Assembly: GCA_002495525.1 (NCBI GenBank)
Contig: DAFS01000037.1
Span: 19,103-83,102 of the forward strand
DNA length: 64,000 nt
Direction: 5' to 3'
Source: Euryarchaeota archaeon UBA89
Lineage (GTDB): Archaea > Thermoplasmatota > Poseidoniia > Poseidoniales > Thalassarchaeaceae
The position numbers and the translations under genes are program-made. The notes beneath the pieces are model-generated. The model saw only the letters and a program-made list of their open reading frames with translations, made no database searches and was not told the DNA's origin. Below, piece by piece: positions 44,860-54,385 of this stretch; positions within the stretch are counted from its first letter, which is position 1; each line of letters begins with the position of its first letter.

Positions 44860-44867
44860 TTTTTTTT
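44860..44867 (+). terminator. Oligo-T tract (T8) immediately after the stop codon
   Basis: TGATTTTTTTTGC: archaeal RNA polymerase terminates at oligo-T stretches. This is one of the few real intergenic spacers in the window. Confidence 0.4.
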
Positions 44868-44932
44868 GCTAATGCTTCTATGACGCACCTTCAAGAAGGT
44901 CAGACTTACAGGACTAATCCCGAGGGAGTCAC

Positions 44933-46975
44933 TTGTCAGACGAAACAGATGAATCATTAGCGAAGGAAAACCCTCTTGAAAGTTGGGAAGATGGCGCTGC
45001 CTTCGGCGTCGCACAAGAAAAAGATCCCGTATGTAAAGTACCCGTTGAAGAATGGATTAAGAAAGTCGAAATTACTTCTACTGCAGATGTCCCCATACCT
45101 GAAAAATTAGTTGATCAGGTTATTGGACAGGAAGCCGCATCAATAGTTGTCAGAAAGGCTGCAGAGCAGAGAAGACACGTAATCATGGTCGGTGAACCAG
45201 GTACTGGAAAGTCAATGTTAGCACGTTCAATGACAGAATTCCTCCCTAAAGAACAACTAGAAGACATTCTAGTCTATCGAAATCAAGATGATGAGAATGA
45301 ACCTAAGGTTAGAACAGTTCCTGCTGGCAGAGGTTCAAGGATAATTTCTGAGCGCAAAGCTTTGATTAGACAGCAGAGAGAAAGAACGAATCGAACACTC
45401 TTATTTATTGTCTTAATAGTTGGTGCTGCTTTAGTTCTAGCAACACTATCTAGTGGAGAAATATTAACGCTAATTTTTGGTTCGTTCTTATTGATATTTG
45501 GTTATTTTTTCCTTAGAGGGAGACTTACTGCAGGTGATGAAGGAAATATCCCTAAACTCCTTGTGAAACATGAACGGAATGAAGAACCTCCTTTCATTGA
45601 TGCTACAGGAACTCTTGCAGGGGCTTTACTGGGTGATGTTAGACATGATCCGTTCCAGTCAGGTGCAGACTTAGCTACACCTGCTCACGAGAGAGTTGAG
45701 CCTGGTGCAGTTCACAGAGCAAACAAGGGCGTACTTTACATCGATGAGATTAGAATGCTTAGGATGGAAGAACAGCAAGCATTACTAGTAGCCATGCAAG
45801 AAAAGGCGCTTTCAATTTCAGGTCGTTCCGAGCGTTCATCTGGAGCCTTAACTAAATCCGAGCCAGTACCTACTGATTTTATTTTAATTGCTGCAGGAAA
45901 TCTTGATAGCATACAGAACATGCATCCTGCTCTTAGAAGTAGAATTAGAGGATATGGATATGAAGTGTATGTCAATACTGATATGCCAGATACTGAAAAA
46001 AATCGCCGTAGATTAATCCGTTTCGTATCTCAGGAAGTTGTCAATGAAAGAAAGAAAACATCAGGAAAACCGATTCCCCATTTCGATATTGAATCTATTG
46101 GACTTATCCTGAAAGAAGCCCAGAGGCGTAGTGGCCGCAGAGGTAGGCTTTCACTAAGATTACGTGAACTCGGGGGTTTAATACGGATTGCAGGTGATTT
46201 AGCGGTTGAAGAAAATGCAGAAATTACCAATGCATCGCATATTATTAGAGCCAGAGCAATTGCGAAACCGCTTGAGCAACAAGTTGCAGATAGGTATTTA
46301 GAAAGACAAGCAGATTACTCTATGATTGTAAATAAGGGTGAGAGAATAGGAAGAGTAAATGGATTAGCAGTGCTTGGTGCTGATTCAGGACTTTCTGATT
46401 ATTCAGGAGTAGTACTGCCAGTAGAAGCTATGGTGACAGCAGCACATGGTAGATCCGGTCAAGTGATAGCCACTGGTGGCCTTTCAGACTTGGCTAAAGA
46501 ATCAGTAACAAATATTAGTGCTGTAGTCAAAAAATTAACTGGAAATGATATCAAAGATTTCGATGTTCATGTTCAATTCCCTGGGACACATAATGTTGAT
46601 GGAGATAGCGCATCGATAACCATGGCCACTGCTATAATAAGTGCATTTGAAGGGTTACCCATTGAACAGAACCTTGCTATGACAGGTTCTCTATCAATTA
46701 GAGGTGAAGTACTCCCTATTGGAGGGGTTTCTGCTAAGATTGAAGCGGCTGCTAAATCAGGTATTGAAACTATTATAATTCCTCGCTCTAATATGCAAGA
46801 TGTATTAATTGATGAACAATATGAATCTATGGTTACAGTAATTCCGGTCGATTCCCTAGATGAGGTTCTAAAACATGCACTTGTTGGTTCAGAAGATAAA
46901 GTTTCATTGGTTGAAAGATTAGCATTGGTTATTGATACTATTTCTAATACTGCCGATACTCAACCGTCAGCCTGA
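44933..46975 (+). CDS. lonB: Archaeal membrane-bound Lon protease (LonB)
   Basis: It has Walker A GEPGTGKSM, two TM helices inserted in the AAA+ module (LLFIVLIVGAALVLATL...LLIFGYFFL), the catalytic Ser context DGDSASITMATA and a Lys context (VSAKIEAA). It apparently uses a TTG start, and there is no in-frame ATG nearby. Confidence 0.9.
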   Translation: MSDETDESLAKENPLESWEDGAAFGVAQEKDPVCKVPVEEWIKKVEITSTADVPIPEKLVDQVIGQEAASIVVRKAAEQRRHVIMVGEPGTGKSMLARSMTEFLPKEQLEDILVYRNQDDENEPKVRTVPAGRGSRIISERKALIRQQRERTNRTLLFIVLIVGAALVLATLSSGEILTLIFGSFLLIFGYFFLRGRLTAGDEGNIPKLLVKHERNEEPPFIDATGTLAGALLGDVRHDPFQSGADLATPAHERVEPGAVHRANKGVLYIDEIRMLRMEEQQALLVAMQEKALSISGRSERSSGALTKSEPVPTDFILIAAGNLDSIQNMHPALRSRIRGYGYEVYVNTDMPDTEKNRRRLIRFVSQEVVNERKKTSGKPIPHFDIESIGLILKEAQRRSGRRGRLSLRLRELGGLIRIAGDLAVEENAEITNASHIIRARAIAKPLEQQVADRYLERQADYSMIVNKGERIGRVNGLAVLGADSGLSDYSGVVLPVEAMVTAAHGRSGQVIATGGLSDLAKESVTNISAVVKKLTGNDIKDFDVHVQFPGTHNVDGDSASITMATAIISAFEGLPIEQNLAMTGSLSIRGEVLPIGGVSAKIEAAAKSGIETIIIPRSNMQDVLIDEQYESMVTVIPVDSLDEVLKHALVGSEDKVSLVERLALVIDTISNTADTQPSA

Positions 46976-47016
46976 AGTCCCCTCAAAACTAAGTGTTCAA
47001 CCCGCACGGTGGATTT

Positions 47017-48348
47017 ATGGAAGATAACGGGAGTAAGAGTTCTCCAATGGGAATTTTATTTCTTGTAGTCCTAATTGATATGTTAGGATTCACAATAGTT
47101 ATCCCATTTCTAACATATTTTGTTCAAGACTTGGCTTCTGCTGAAGGAATTATGGATATTGGAAAGAGAGACTTGTGGGTCGGTGTTGTGATATCTTGTT
47201 ATTCTCTAGCACAATTTATTTTCACTCCGATTCTTGGTTCACTTAGTGATAATTATGGTAGGCGTCCGATTATTATTCTTGGTTTGATTTCTAATTCAAT
47301 ATTTTTCATTGTGTTTGGTCTTTCACAGAGCCTTACAATGGCACTTGTCGCTCGTTTCTTGGCGGGTGCAGGTAATGGAAATATCGCAGTTGCAAGAGCC
47401 TATATCGGGGATATAAGTCAACCTAATGAAATATCTAGGAGAATGGGTCTGATAGGTGCTGCTTTTGGTTTAGGATTCATGATAGGCCCTTTTATTGGAG
47501 GTTTGTTGTCCGATCCTGCAACAAGTATCGGAGGTATTTTTGATACATCATTTTGGTCAAAATATCCTTATTTATTGCCATGTATATTTTCAAGTATTCT
47601 TTCATTGATTTCTTTATTATTAGCAATAATTTGGCTTCCTGAGAGTCTACCTAAAAAATCTAGAAAAAATCAGTTAGAGTCTCCTTTGAAAGAACTCAGA
47701 AGTATTTCCGATAATCTAATCAATGTTTTGAAATTCCCTCAAATCTCTACTTTAATTTTTGCTAATTTCCTGTTTATGTTCGGATTTAGTATGATGCATG
47801 GTACTTTCATACTCTTTACGGCTATGGAAATTGAAAATGGCGGACTCGGATTTACAGAAATGCAAAATGGATGGGTTTTTGCTTTTATAGGTGTTATTGG
47901 AGTAATTATTCAAGGTGGCCTTATTGGTAAATTAACTGATAGATTTAGTATGAAAAGTTTAATGATATTTGGAACTCTACTTTGTGGTTTAGGAATTGCA
48001 AGTTTACCCTATGTTCCTCCAAATACTAGTTGGCTAATTTTCCTTGGAGCGGCAGCATTAGCTATTGGTAATGCACTGTTTTCTCCTACACAATCATCAA
48101 TGCTCACTTTCGCAACTACCGACTCAGGATATGAGCTGGGTGCAGTGATGGGCGCCCAAGAAGGATATAGTGCATTAGCTAGAATAATTGGACCCCTATT
48201 AGCGGCTTATATTTGGTCTGAGACAGTTGAAGGAATTGGTTTATGGACTTACCATACCTGTTTTAGAGTGGCAGGATTGATTTTTATCCTTGCTTTAATT
48301 CTGCAAATGAAGATTAAAGTCGATTCACAATTTAAAGGAAGTATGTAA
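47017..48348 (+). CDS. MFS transporter (drug/H+ antiporter-like)
   Basis: It has 12 predicted TM helices and the MFS motif A GSLSDNYGRRPIII. Confidence 0.85.
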   Translation: MEDNGSKSSPMGILFLVVLIDMLGFTIVIPFLTYFVQDLASAEGIMDIGKRDLWVGVVISCYSLAQFIFTPILGSLSDNYGRRPIIILGLISNSIFFIVFGLSQSLTMALVARFLAGAGNGNIAVARAYIGDISQPNEISRRMGLIGAAFGLGFMIGPFIGGLLSDPATSIGGIFDTSFWSKYPYLLPCIFSSILSLISLLLAIIWLPESLPKKSRKNQLESPLKELRSISDNLINVLKFPQISTLIFANFLFMFGFSMMHGTFILFTAMEIENGGLGFTEMQNGWVFAFIGVIGVIIQGGLIGKLTDRFSMKSLMIFGTLLCGLGIASLPYVPPNTSWLIFLGAAALAIGNALFSPTQSSMLTFATTDSGYELGAVMGAQEGYSALARIIGPLLAAYIWSETVEGIGLWTYHTCFRVAGLIFILALILQMKIKVDSQFKGSM

Positions 48349-48350
48349 AT

Positions 48351-49172
48351 ATGGTAATTCCAGCAGTAATAGCCCATGGAGGAGCTGGCCCGGGTCCCGC
48401 TCGTCAAGATAATCTTCAGGTTGCAATAAAGAAAGCTGCTGAAATTCTTATCGCAGGGGGAAGTGCATTAGATGCGGCAGTTCAGGCATGTGTAATGTTA
48501 GAAAATGATCCAGTTTTCAATGCTGGAACCGGTAGTGTAATGCGAACAGATGGATCAGTATTGACAGATGCTTCAATACAGACAGGTGATGGTAAAATAG
48601 GCTTTGTTATTGCTATGGAGAAAACTCCTAACCCGATTTTAGTTGCTGCAGATTTATTAGATGAAGAAATAAATGGCTTGACATCTGAAGGTGCTAGAAT
48701 CTGGGCGGATAATAGAGGTCATACTAAGAAAAAAGTTATCGGAGTTTCTCCAAAGGGTCAAATTGGTGATTCAGAAAAGGAAATAACCGGAGATACAGTT
48801 GGTGTGATTGCAAGAGATAGAACAGGCATGATTGTCGTCGCTACAAGTACAGGGGGTTGTAGTTTTAGACCGCCAGGGAGAGTTGGAGATGTACCATTAC
48901 CAGGGTCAGGATTTTGGGCAGAAGAAGGACTAGCAGTTGCAGCCACAGGAATAGGAGAGGCTATTACTAGAGCACTTCTAAGTAACAAGGTGTATGAAAA
49001 AATAAAGGATAAAACCTATTCTTTGGAAGAATCTATGAATTGGGGAATTAATACGCTGATATCACCTGAACATTCTGTTGGGCTAATTGCATTAGGTCCT
49101 TCTGGGCCGGGTTTAGGTGTTTCTAATACTGATATGCCATGGGCAACATGGGAACAAGAATCAACTGAATAA
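48351..49172 (+). CDS. Isoaspartyl peptidase / L-asparaginase (Ntn-hydrolase, plant-type asparaginase family)
   Basis: It has IAHGGAG, the autoprocessing/nucleophile context GDTVGVIARD, and ATGIGE. Confidence 0.85.
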   Translation: MVIPAVIAHGGAGPGPARQDNLQVAIKKAAEILIAGGSALDAAVQACVMLENDPVFNAGTGSVMRTDGSVLTDASIQTGDGKIGFVIAMEKTPNPILVAADLLDEEINGLTSEGARIWADNRGHTKKKVIGVSPKGQIGDSEKEITGDTVGVIARDRTGMIVVATSTGGCSFRPPGRVGDVPLPGSGFWAEEGLAVAATGIGEAITRALLSNKVYEKIKDKTYSLEESMNWGINTLISPEHSVGLIALGPSGPGLGVSNTDMPWATWEQESTE

Positions 49173-49231
49173 TCATACTAATCTAGGGATGCGCTTAAGG
49201 ACATGTCATTTGTCGGCGGCTTGGTGGTAAT

Positions 49232-49507
49232 GTGTCAGACATCGAATCCCGCATCCAACAGATTGCATCTGTACTAAGTCAACTTGATGATTCACAAGTC
49301 CCTAGGAATATTCGCACAACTACAAAAGAATCAGTTGATAAGTGGCTTTTAAATAAAAATAAAGAAATGGACTTGAGACTTGGAATGACTGCATCAATGC
49401 TTGATGACATCTTTAATGATCCAAATCTACCCCTTCACTTTGGTCCACTATGTCTTCAAATTCAGACAGCATTAGAAACTCTTCTTGCAGAAGCTCGTCG
49501 CAAATAA
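49232..49507 (+). CDS. UPF0147-family small archaeal protein
   Basis: DDSQVPRNIR and LDDIFNDPNLP...ALETL match the UPF0147 pattern (D.svPrNiR ... LddisnDpNmP). It uses a GTG start. Confidence 0.65.
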   Translation: MSDIESRIQQIASVLSQLDDSQVPRNIRTTTKESVDKWLLNKNKEMDLRLGMTASMLDDIFNDPNLPLHFGPLCLQIQTALETLLAEARRK

Positions 49508-49522
49508 TTTCTGATTCAATTC

Positions 49523-49552
49523 AATCTAATATTCGTGATTAGATTTATTTTT
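49523..49552. terminator. Hairpin plus T-tract between convergent genes
   Basis: AATCTAAT-attcgtg-ATTAGATT has an 8-bp stem (49523-49545) and is followed by TATTTTT. It lies in the 56-nt gap between the UPF0147 gene and rpl40e. Confidence 0.35.
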
Positions 49553-49563
49553 AAGATAATCAA

Positions 49564-49719
49564 TCAGGTACTTCGACGTTCTGCGGCTTTAGGCCTTAGA
49601 TTGGTGTAACCACACTTTCGACAAGCTCTAGGTTTACTTCCGCGATGAGTTGCAGAGCATTTCATGCATATCCATTTTTGGAGAAGACGTGCTTCTGCTA
49701 CACTGTGACGTTGAGCCAT
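49564..49719 (-). CDS. rpl40e: 50S ribosomal protein L40e
   Basis: The reverse-strand [54 protein letters not shown] shows the L40e signature (L..K.ICMKC.A......[12 protein letters not shown]). It is absent from the ORF track (51 aa). Confidence 0.85.
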   Translation of the reverse strand: MAQRHSVAEARLLQKWICMKCSATHRGSKPRACRKCGYTNLRPKAAERRST

Positions 49720-49842
49720 ACAGAGTCTCCGAAATGCCTACCCTTCATAATCGCTTTGCTAGGTATTCTAAGTTTTTTCAATCATTTTTTTCAAGATTCT
49801 TGGACCGAACTATTCATTCGCCTTCGGCTAAGCCGAGACCTT

Positions 49843-51189
49843 GTGCCAGCGAATATTGTGTTAGGGGCCCAGTGGGGAGATGAAGGAAAAGGTAAGGCGA
49901 TTGATCAACTAGCGCCCAACTCTACTTGGGCTGTTAGATTTCAAGGAGGAAACAATGCGGGGCATACAATAGTTTTAGGAGATACAACCTTGAAACTGCA
50001 TCAAATTCCTTCTGGTGTAACATCAATGGAATGTAACTTAGTGCTTGGAGATGGAATGGTCATAGATCCTTGGGTTCTCGAAGAAGAACTTGATAGATGG
50101 TTTTCTCTGACAAAGGAAAGGCCAGAAGGTAAGCGTTTATTCATTAGTGAGAGAGCATCTGTTATCCTACCATTCCATAGGTTATATGATTCAGCTGACA
50201 AAGTAGTTGGAACCACAGGTAGAGGAATCGGACCCGCTTATCGCGATAGAATAGAAAGAGTAGGTATTCGTTTTTGTGACATTAATAATGTAATTGCAGA
50301 TGGTAATAAAATATCTGAAATAGTTACTAGAATGAATAAGCAATTAGATTCAGTCAATGTCTCAGAAAGAATTACTTCTGAATCTTTAATGTCAGACTTG
50401 AAATGGATACTAGAAAGATATTCGGATGCAATCAGGCCAACAGGATTAATGATTGATTCTGCACTACAAAATGGTGAAAGGATTCTCCTTGAAGGCGCTC
50501 AAGGAGCTATGTTAGACATAGATCAAGGCACGTATCCCTTCGTTACATCTTCAGTAACAAGTCGTGCTAATGCAACTCATGGCGCAGGAATTCATCCGGG
50601 CCATATTGAGCAATGTTTCGGTATAACAAAGGCATATACAACAAGAGTTGGAAATGGACCTTTCCCATCCGAATTATCTCTTGATAAAGGGCCTGGTCAC
50701 CATATGGCGCAAGTAGGTCATGAATTTGGTACTACTACCGGCCGTCCAAGAAGGACTGGATGGTTAGATATGGTGGCTTTGAAAGATGCTCATAGGTTCA
50801 ATGGATACACTGGATTAGTAGTCACGAAATTGGATGTATTGGGCGGGCTTGATGAAATTAAAATTTGTATCGGTTATGATTTTGACGGTAAGGTGATAAA
50901 ATATTTCCCAACAACTTCCGAAGAAGTAGCAAGATGCAGGCCGATTTATGAGACTCATGAAGGATTCCCTGCATTATCAGATGATGAATGGATTTCTATG
51001 GCAGATAGGTCACGTTCGGAAGGAATTGGTTACAATGCAATGCCAGAAAAGGTCAGACATATTGTAGAAAGAATAGAAGAATTGTCCGGAATTCCAGTTG
51101 TTAGTGTGGGGGTTGGTCCTGATAGAAAGGCATCAATTGCAAAGTTAGGAGGTCCATTCGATGTACCTGCTGAAGAGGCAACGTTCTAA
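49843..51189 (+). CDS. purA: Adenylosuccinate synthetase
   Basis: It has GAQWGDEGKGK, GGNNAGHT, TTGRGIGPAY and GTTTGRPRR. The ORF-track start (49645) overlaps rpl40e on the other strand. The in-frame GTG at 49843 gives the usual short N-terminus, (M)PANIVLGAQWGDEGKG. Confidence 0.9.
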   Translation: MPANIVLGAQWGDEGKGKAIDQLAPNSTWAVRFQGGNNAGHTIVLGDTTLKLHQIPSGVTSMECNLVLGDGMVIDPWVLEEELDRWFSLTKERPEGKRLFISERASVILPFHRLYDSADKVVGTTGRGIGPAYRDRIERVGIRFCDINNVIADGNKISEIVTRMNKQLDSVNVSERITSESLMSDLKWILERYSDAIRPTGLMIDSALQNGERILLEGAQGAMLDIDQGTYPFVTSSVTSRANATHGAGIHPGHIEQCFGITKAYTTRVGNGPFPSELSLDKGPGHHMAQVGHEFGTTTGRPRRTGWLDMVALKDAHRFNGYTGLVVTKLDVLGGLDEIKICIGYDFDGKVIKYFPTTSEEVARCRPIYETHEGFPALSDDEWISMADRSRSEGIGYNAMPEKVRHIVERIEELSGIPVVSVGVGPDRKASIAKLGGPFDVPAEEATF

Positions 51190-51212
51190 TTCAGGTGTCT
51201 TTTCGAAGTGTC

Positions 51213-51500
51213 ATGGGATTCAAATCCAGGGCTAAGAAGAAACAAGAATTAGCTTCAGCGGCCAAAGGTCCATCCAAAAAAGAGAAAGAAGAATATTCCG
51301 GCGAAATTCGTTGTGATGTCGCAGGATGTGGAAAATGGGCAGATAAGAAAATAGGTGGTCGTAAATTAGCATTCGACAGAGCCGCTGATGTTTGGGGCGA
51401 AGAAGGCCTTCTAGGAAATTCTAGGAGAGTCACTCTTTGTAAGTCATGTTATCGAGAGTGGAAGAAGGCGAAGAAAGACGACCCTAATGAATGGGGTTAA
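51213..51500 (+). CDS. Small basic protein with a C-x4-C ... CxxC zinc-ribbon-like arrangement
   Basis: It has Lys-rich ends (SRAKKKQE..., REWKKAKKDD). The Cys pairs are CDVAGC and CKSC. ATG 51213 is the likely start, with an alternative GTG at 51195. Confidence 0.5.
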   Translation: MGFKSRAKKKQELASAAKGPSKKEKEEYSGEIRCDVAGCGKWADKKIGGRKLAFDRAADVWGEEGLLGNSRRVTLCKSCYREWKKAKKDDPNEWG

Positions 51501-51555
51501 ACTTCTAGTGTTTCTTTTAGTAATGATAAAATGCATTATCTAGTAGCGCCGTAAT

Positions 51556-53172
51556 ATGAACCATCCTGTTAACGAACCTATCCTTGGTTATTCTCCGGGT
51601 AGCAAAGAGAGAATTGAAATTAAAGCAGAACTTGATAGGCAAATGAGTGAAGTAATAGAAATTCCTTGCATCATAAATGGTAAAGAAGTATTTACAGGAA
51701 ATATTGCAACTCAGGTAATCCCTCACAACCATAGTCACATTATTGCAAGAGTCCACATGGCTGGTAAAGATGAGATGGAAAATGCTTGCAAGGCAGCAGT
51801 TAATGCACAGCAGAATTGGATAGATATCGGTTTAGAATCTAGGTGTGAAATTTTTGAAAAGTGCGCTGATTTGCTAGCGGGAGAATGGAGGATGAGAGTA
51901 AATGCCTCTACTATGCTTAATCAATCAAAAACAGTTTTCCAGGCAGAAATAGATTCTGCTTGTGAATTAATTGATTTTTGGCGTTTCAATTGCTTCTATG
52001 CAAGAAATTTCCACGATGATTTCCAACCATTAGTATCTCCACCTGGAGTAAAAAATTCTACTGAGATTCGTCCCTTGGAAGGTTTCGTTCTTTCAATAAC
52101 TCCATTCAATTTCACAAGTATTGCTGCCAATCTCCCTAGTGCACCTGCAATTGTTGGTTGTACATCTGTTTGGAAACCAAGTAGAAATTCGTACTTGTCT
52201 AACTATGTTCTTATGCAGTTAATGATGGAAGCCGGATTGCCAGATGGCGTAATAAATTTCTTGCCAGGTTCTGGTGCAGAAATAACAGAGGTTGCTCTTG
52301 CAAATCCTGACTTTGCTGGTTTACATTTCACTGGCTCAACTGCAACTTTCCAAGGTCTATGGCAGGAAATTGGTATAGCTTTACCCAATCTCCGTTCATA
52401 TCCTCGAATTGTTGGTGAAACAGGCGGTAAAGACTTTGTTGTGGCTCATCCTAATTGTAATGAGCGTGGTTTGTTAGTTGCATTATTAAGAGGTTCATTT
52501 GAGTTCCAAGGACAGAAGTGTTCTGCAGCTAGTAGAGCATATGTACCTCAATCAGTTTGGTCATCAATTAGTGATGAATTATGTGATGAGATTAGGAAAA
52601 TAAAGATGGGAGATGCTAAAGATTTCACTAATTTTATGACTGCTGTAATTGATCAAAGATCTTTCGACAAGATTACTGGTTATATTGATAGGGCTAAGGA
52701 AGACAAATCATGTGAGGTAATTGTTGGGGGTAATTATGATGATTCAATAGGATGGTTCATTGAACCAACAATTATCGTTACATCAAATCCTAAGTCAGAG
52801 ACAATGATAGATGAGATATTTGGCCCTGTACTAACCGTCTATGTATATGATGACGATAAGTTCGATGAAGTACTAACTCTATGTGATGAATCTTCTCCAT
52901 ATGCTCTTACTGGGTCAATCTTCGCCAATGATGAATCTGATGTACAGAAAGCATTCAATGCTCTTAGATTTACAGCAGGAAATTTCTACATCAATGATAA
53001 ACCAACAGGTGCTGTAGTCGCTCAACAACCATTCGGTGGCGCTAGAGCTAGTGGTACCAATGATAAAGCAGGTGGACCATTGAACTTGTTAAGATGGATA
53101 AGTCCTCGTTCAGTTAAAAGAACATTCGAACCCCCCCAAGATTGGGATTATCAATTCATGCAATCTGAATAA
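51556..53172 (+). CDS. pruA: 1-pyrroline-5-carboxylate (L-glutamate gamma-semialdehyde) dehydrogenase, ALDH4-type
   Basis: The N-terminus NEPILGYSPGSKER...EIPCIINGKEV is typical of the long P5CDH form. The catalytic contexts GETGGKDF and FEFQGQKCSAASRAYV are present. Confidence 0.85.
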   Translation: MNHPVNEPILGYSPGSKERIEIKAELDRQMSEVIEIPCIINGKEVFTGNIATQVIPHNHSHIIARVHMAGKDEMENACKAAVNAQQNWIDIGLESRCEIFEKCADLLAGEWRMRVNASTMLNQSKTVFQAEIDSACELIDFWRFNCFYARNFHDDFQPLVSPPGVKNSTEIRPLEGFVLSITPFNFTSIAANLPSAPAIVGCTSVWKPSRNSYLSNYVLMQLMMEAGLPDGVINFLPGSGAEITEVALANPDFAGLHFTGSTATFQGLWQEIGIALPNLRSYPRIVGETGGKDFVVAHPNCNERGLLVALLRGSFEFQGQKCSAASRAYVPQSVWSSISDELCDEIRKIKMGDAKDFTNFMTAVIDQRSFDKITGYIDRAKEDKSCEVIVGGNYDDSIGWFIEPTIIVTSNPKSETMIDEIFGPVLTVYVYDDDKFDEVLTLCDESSPYALTGSIFANDESDVQKAFNALRFTAGNFYINDKPTGAVVAQQPFGGARASGTNDKAGGPLNLLRWISPRSVKRTFEPPQDWDYQFMQSE

Positions 53173-53277
53173 GTCGGCAATATATTCAATAGCCTAATCT
53201 CAGTCCTCTACTTGGGGAGCATCTGCTGAGAGGTTACGTAAGTAACGACCCTTGGACCTGATCTGGGTAATGCCAGC

Positions 53278-53282
53278 GGAGG
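53278..53282 (+). promoter_or_regulatory. Shine-Dalgarno (GGAGG) 8 nt upstream of ATG 53291
   Basis: The sequence reads GCGGAGGAAAAAAATATG. This supports the downstream start, which yields a lipobox-type signal peptide. Confidence 0.45.
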
Positions 53283-53290
53283 AAAAAAAT

Positions 53291-54376
53291 ATGTACAATA
53301 AAAAAGCAATAACAATATGCCTAATAATGATATGTTCTTTACTAACTGGATGTATAGAAGATAGAGACTCATCTGAGGATGATAAGAACTTAAGCATCGT
53401 ATCTTATGATGCATTTGGAGTTTCACAAGAACTCCTTGATCAATTTACGAACGAAACCGGAATTAGTGTCGAGATTACTAGAGCCGGAGATGCCGGTGGT
53501 GTACTATCTACAGCTATTCAAACCAAAGACTCAGGTCTTTTCGATTTAGCAATAGGAGTTGACAATTCTTATCTCGGTACTGCTTTAGCCGCAGAAATTT
53601 TTCAACCTTTAGAGACCGATCGAACGATTTTTTCCTCACGTGCTTTAAGCTCTTATGACGGTAATCTGGCTATCCCATTCGATATCGGTAGTGTGTGTAT
53701 AAATTATGACTCAAATTATGTTGATGGTGAGAATATTACTATTCCGACATCTTTATGGAATTTCACAGAGCCAGCATGGGAAGGGAAATTTGCAGTTCAA
53801 AATCCACGGACAAGTAGTCCCGGTCGTGCCTTTTTCATAGCAACTGTTGATTATTTTTCTAAGGACGAATATAATCAAACAAACTATGAAGATTGGTGGG
53901 AGTCTATGAATTCAAATGATGTGATAGTAACTGATGGATGGACAACATCCTATGAAACTCATTATTCTGGGGGGTATGGTCAATGGAGTGACGGTTTCAT
54001 TGGCGATGCACACGCAGTAGTTTCTTACTGCCATTCTCCGGGAGTAGAAGCTTACTATGGGGGGAATTGGACCACTTCCGTAGCATTGAATATTGAGGGT
54101 GCATCTTTTTCACAAATAGAATATGTATCCTTTTTATCTGGTTCTGAAAAGTCCTCATCTGCAAATATCTTTGTTAACTGGTTAGTCTCTGAAGAAATTA
54201 ATTCTCAGATGTCAACTATTAACTGGATGTATCCTGCAATTGAAGGTGGAGACATCATAGAAGATTCAGGCTATCGTTGGCATTCTGTAGTTCCTACAGA
54301 TTGTGATATAGAAATTTCTGAGATAGACTCGAATATTTCTCTATGGCTTGATGAATGGGATACCGCAATGGCTTGA
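53291..54376 (+). CDS. ABC transporter substrate-binding lipoprotein, thiamine/Fe(III) (ThiB/TbpA-AfuA) family
   Basis: The signal peptide has a lipobox (ICSLLTGC). LSIVSYDAFGVSQELLDQFTNETGISVEI resembles the TbpA N-terminus. It is the first gene of an SBP-permease-ATPase operon. Confidence 0.75.
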   Translation: MYNKKAITICLIMICSLLTGCIEDRDSSEDDKNLSIVSYDAFGVSQELLDQFTNETGISVEITRAGDAGGVLSTAIQTKDSGLFDLAIGVDNSYLGTALAAEIFQPLETDRTIFSSRALSSYDGNLAIPFDIGSVCINYDSNYVDGENITIPTSLWNFTEPAWEGKFAVQNPRTSSPGRAFFIATVDYFSKDEYNQTNYEDWWESMNSNDVIVTDGWTTSYETHYSGGYGQWSDGFIGDAHAVVSYCHSPGVEAYYGGNWTTSVALNIEGASFSQIEYVSFLSGSEKSSSANIFVNWLVSEEINSQMSTINWMYPAIEGGDIIEDSGYRWHSVVPTDCDIEISEIDSNISLWLDEWDTAMA

Positions 54377-54385
54377 GACGTTTTT

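Noticed and set aside
49645-49883. Long purA N-terminal extension and the 77-aa + ORF at 49650..49883
   Set aside because: Both lie antisense to a clear L40e gene. The conserved purA core begins right after the in-frame GTG at 49843.
53173-53290. Intergenic spacers (also 32141..32272, 7720..7845, 21308..21410, 62789..62914) screened for tRNA or C/D-box sRNA genes
   Set aside because: I saw no cloverleaf-compatible ends, no T-loop GTTCRANYC-like box, and no RUGAUGA...CUGA box pairs. These spacers look like AT-rich promoter regions.
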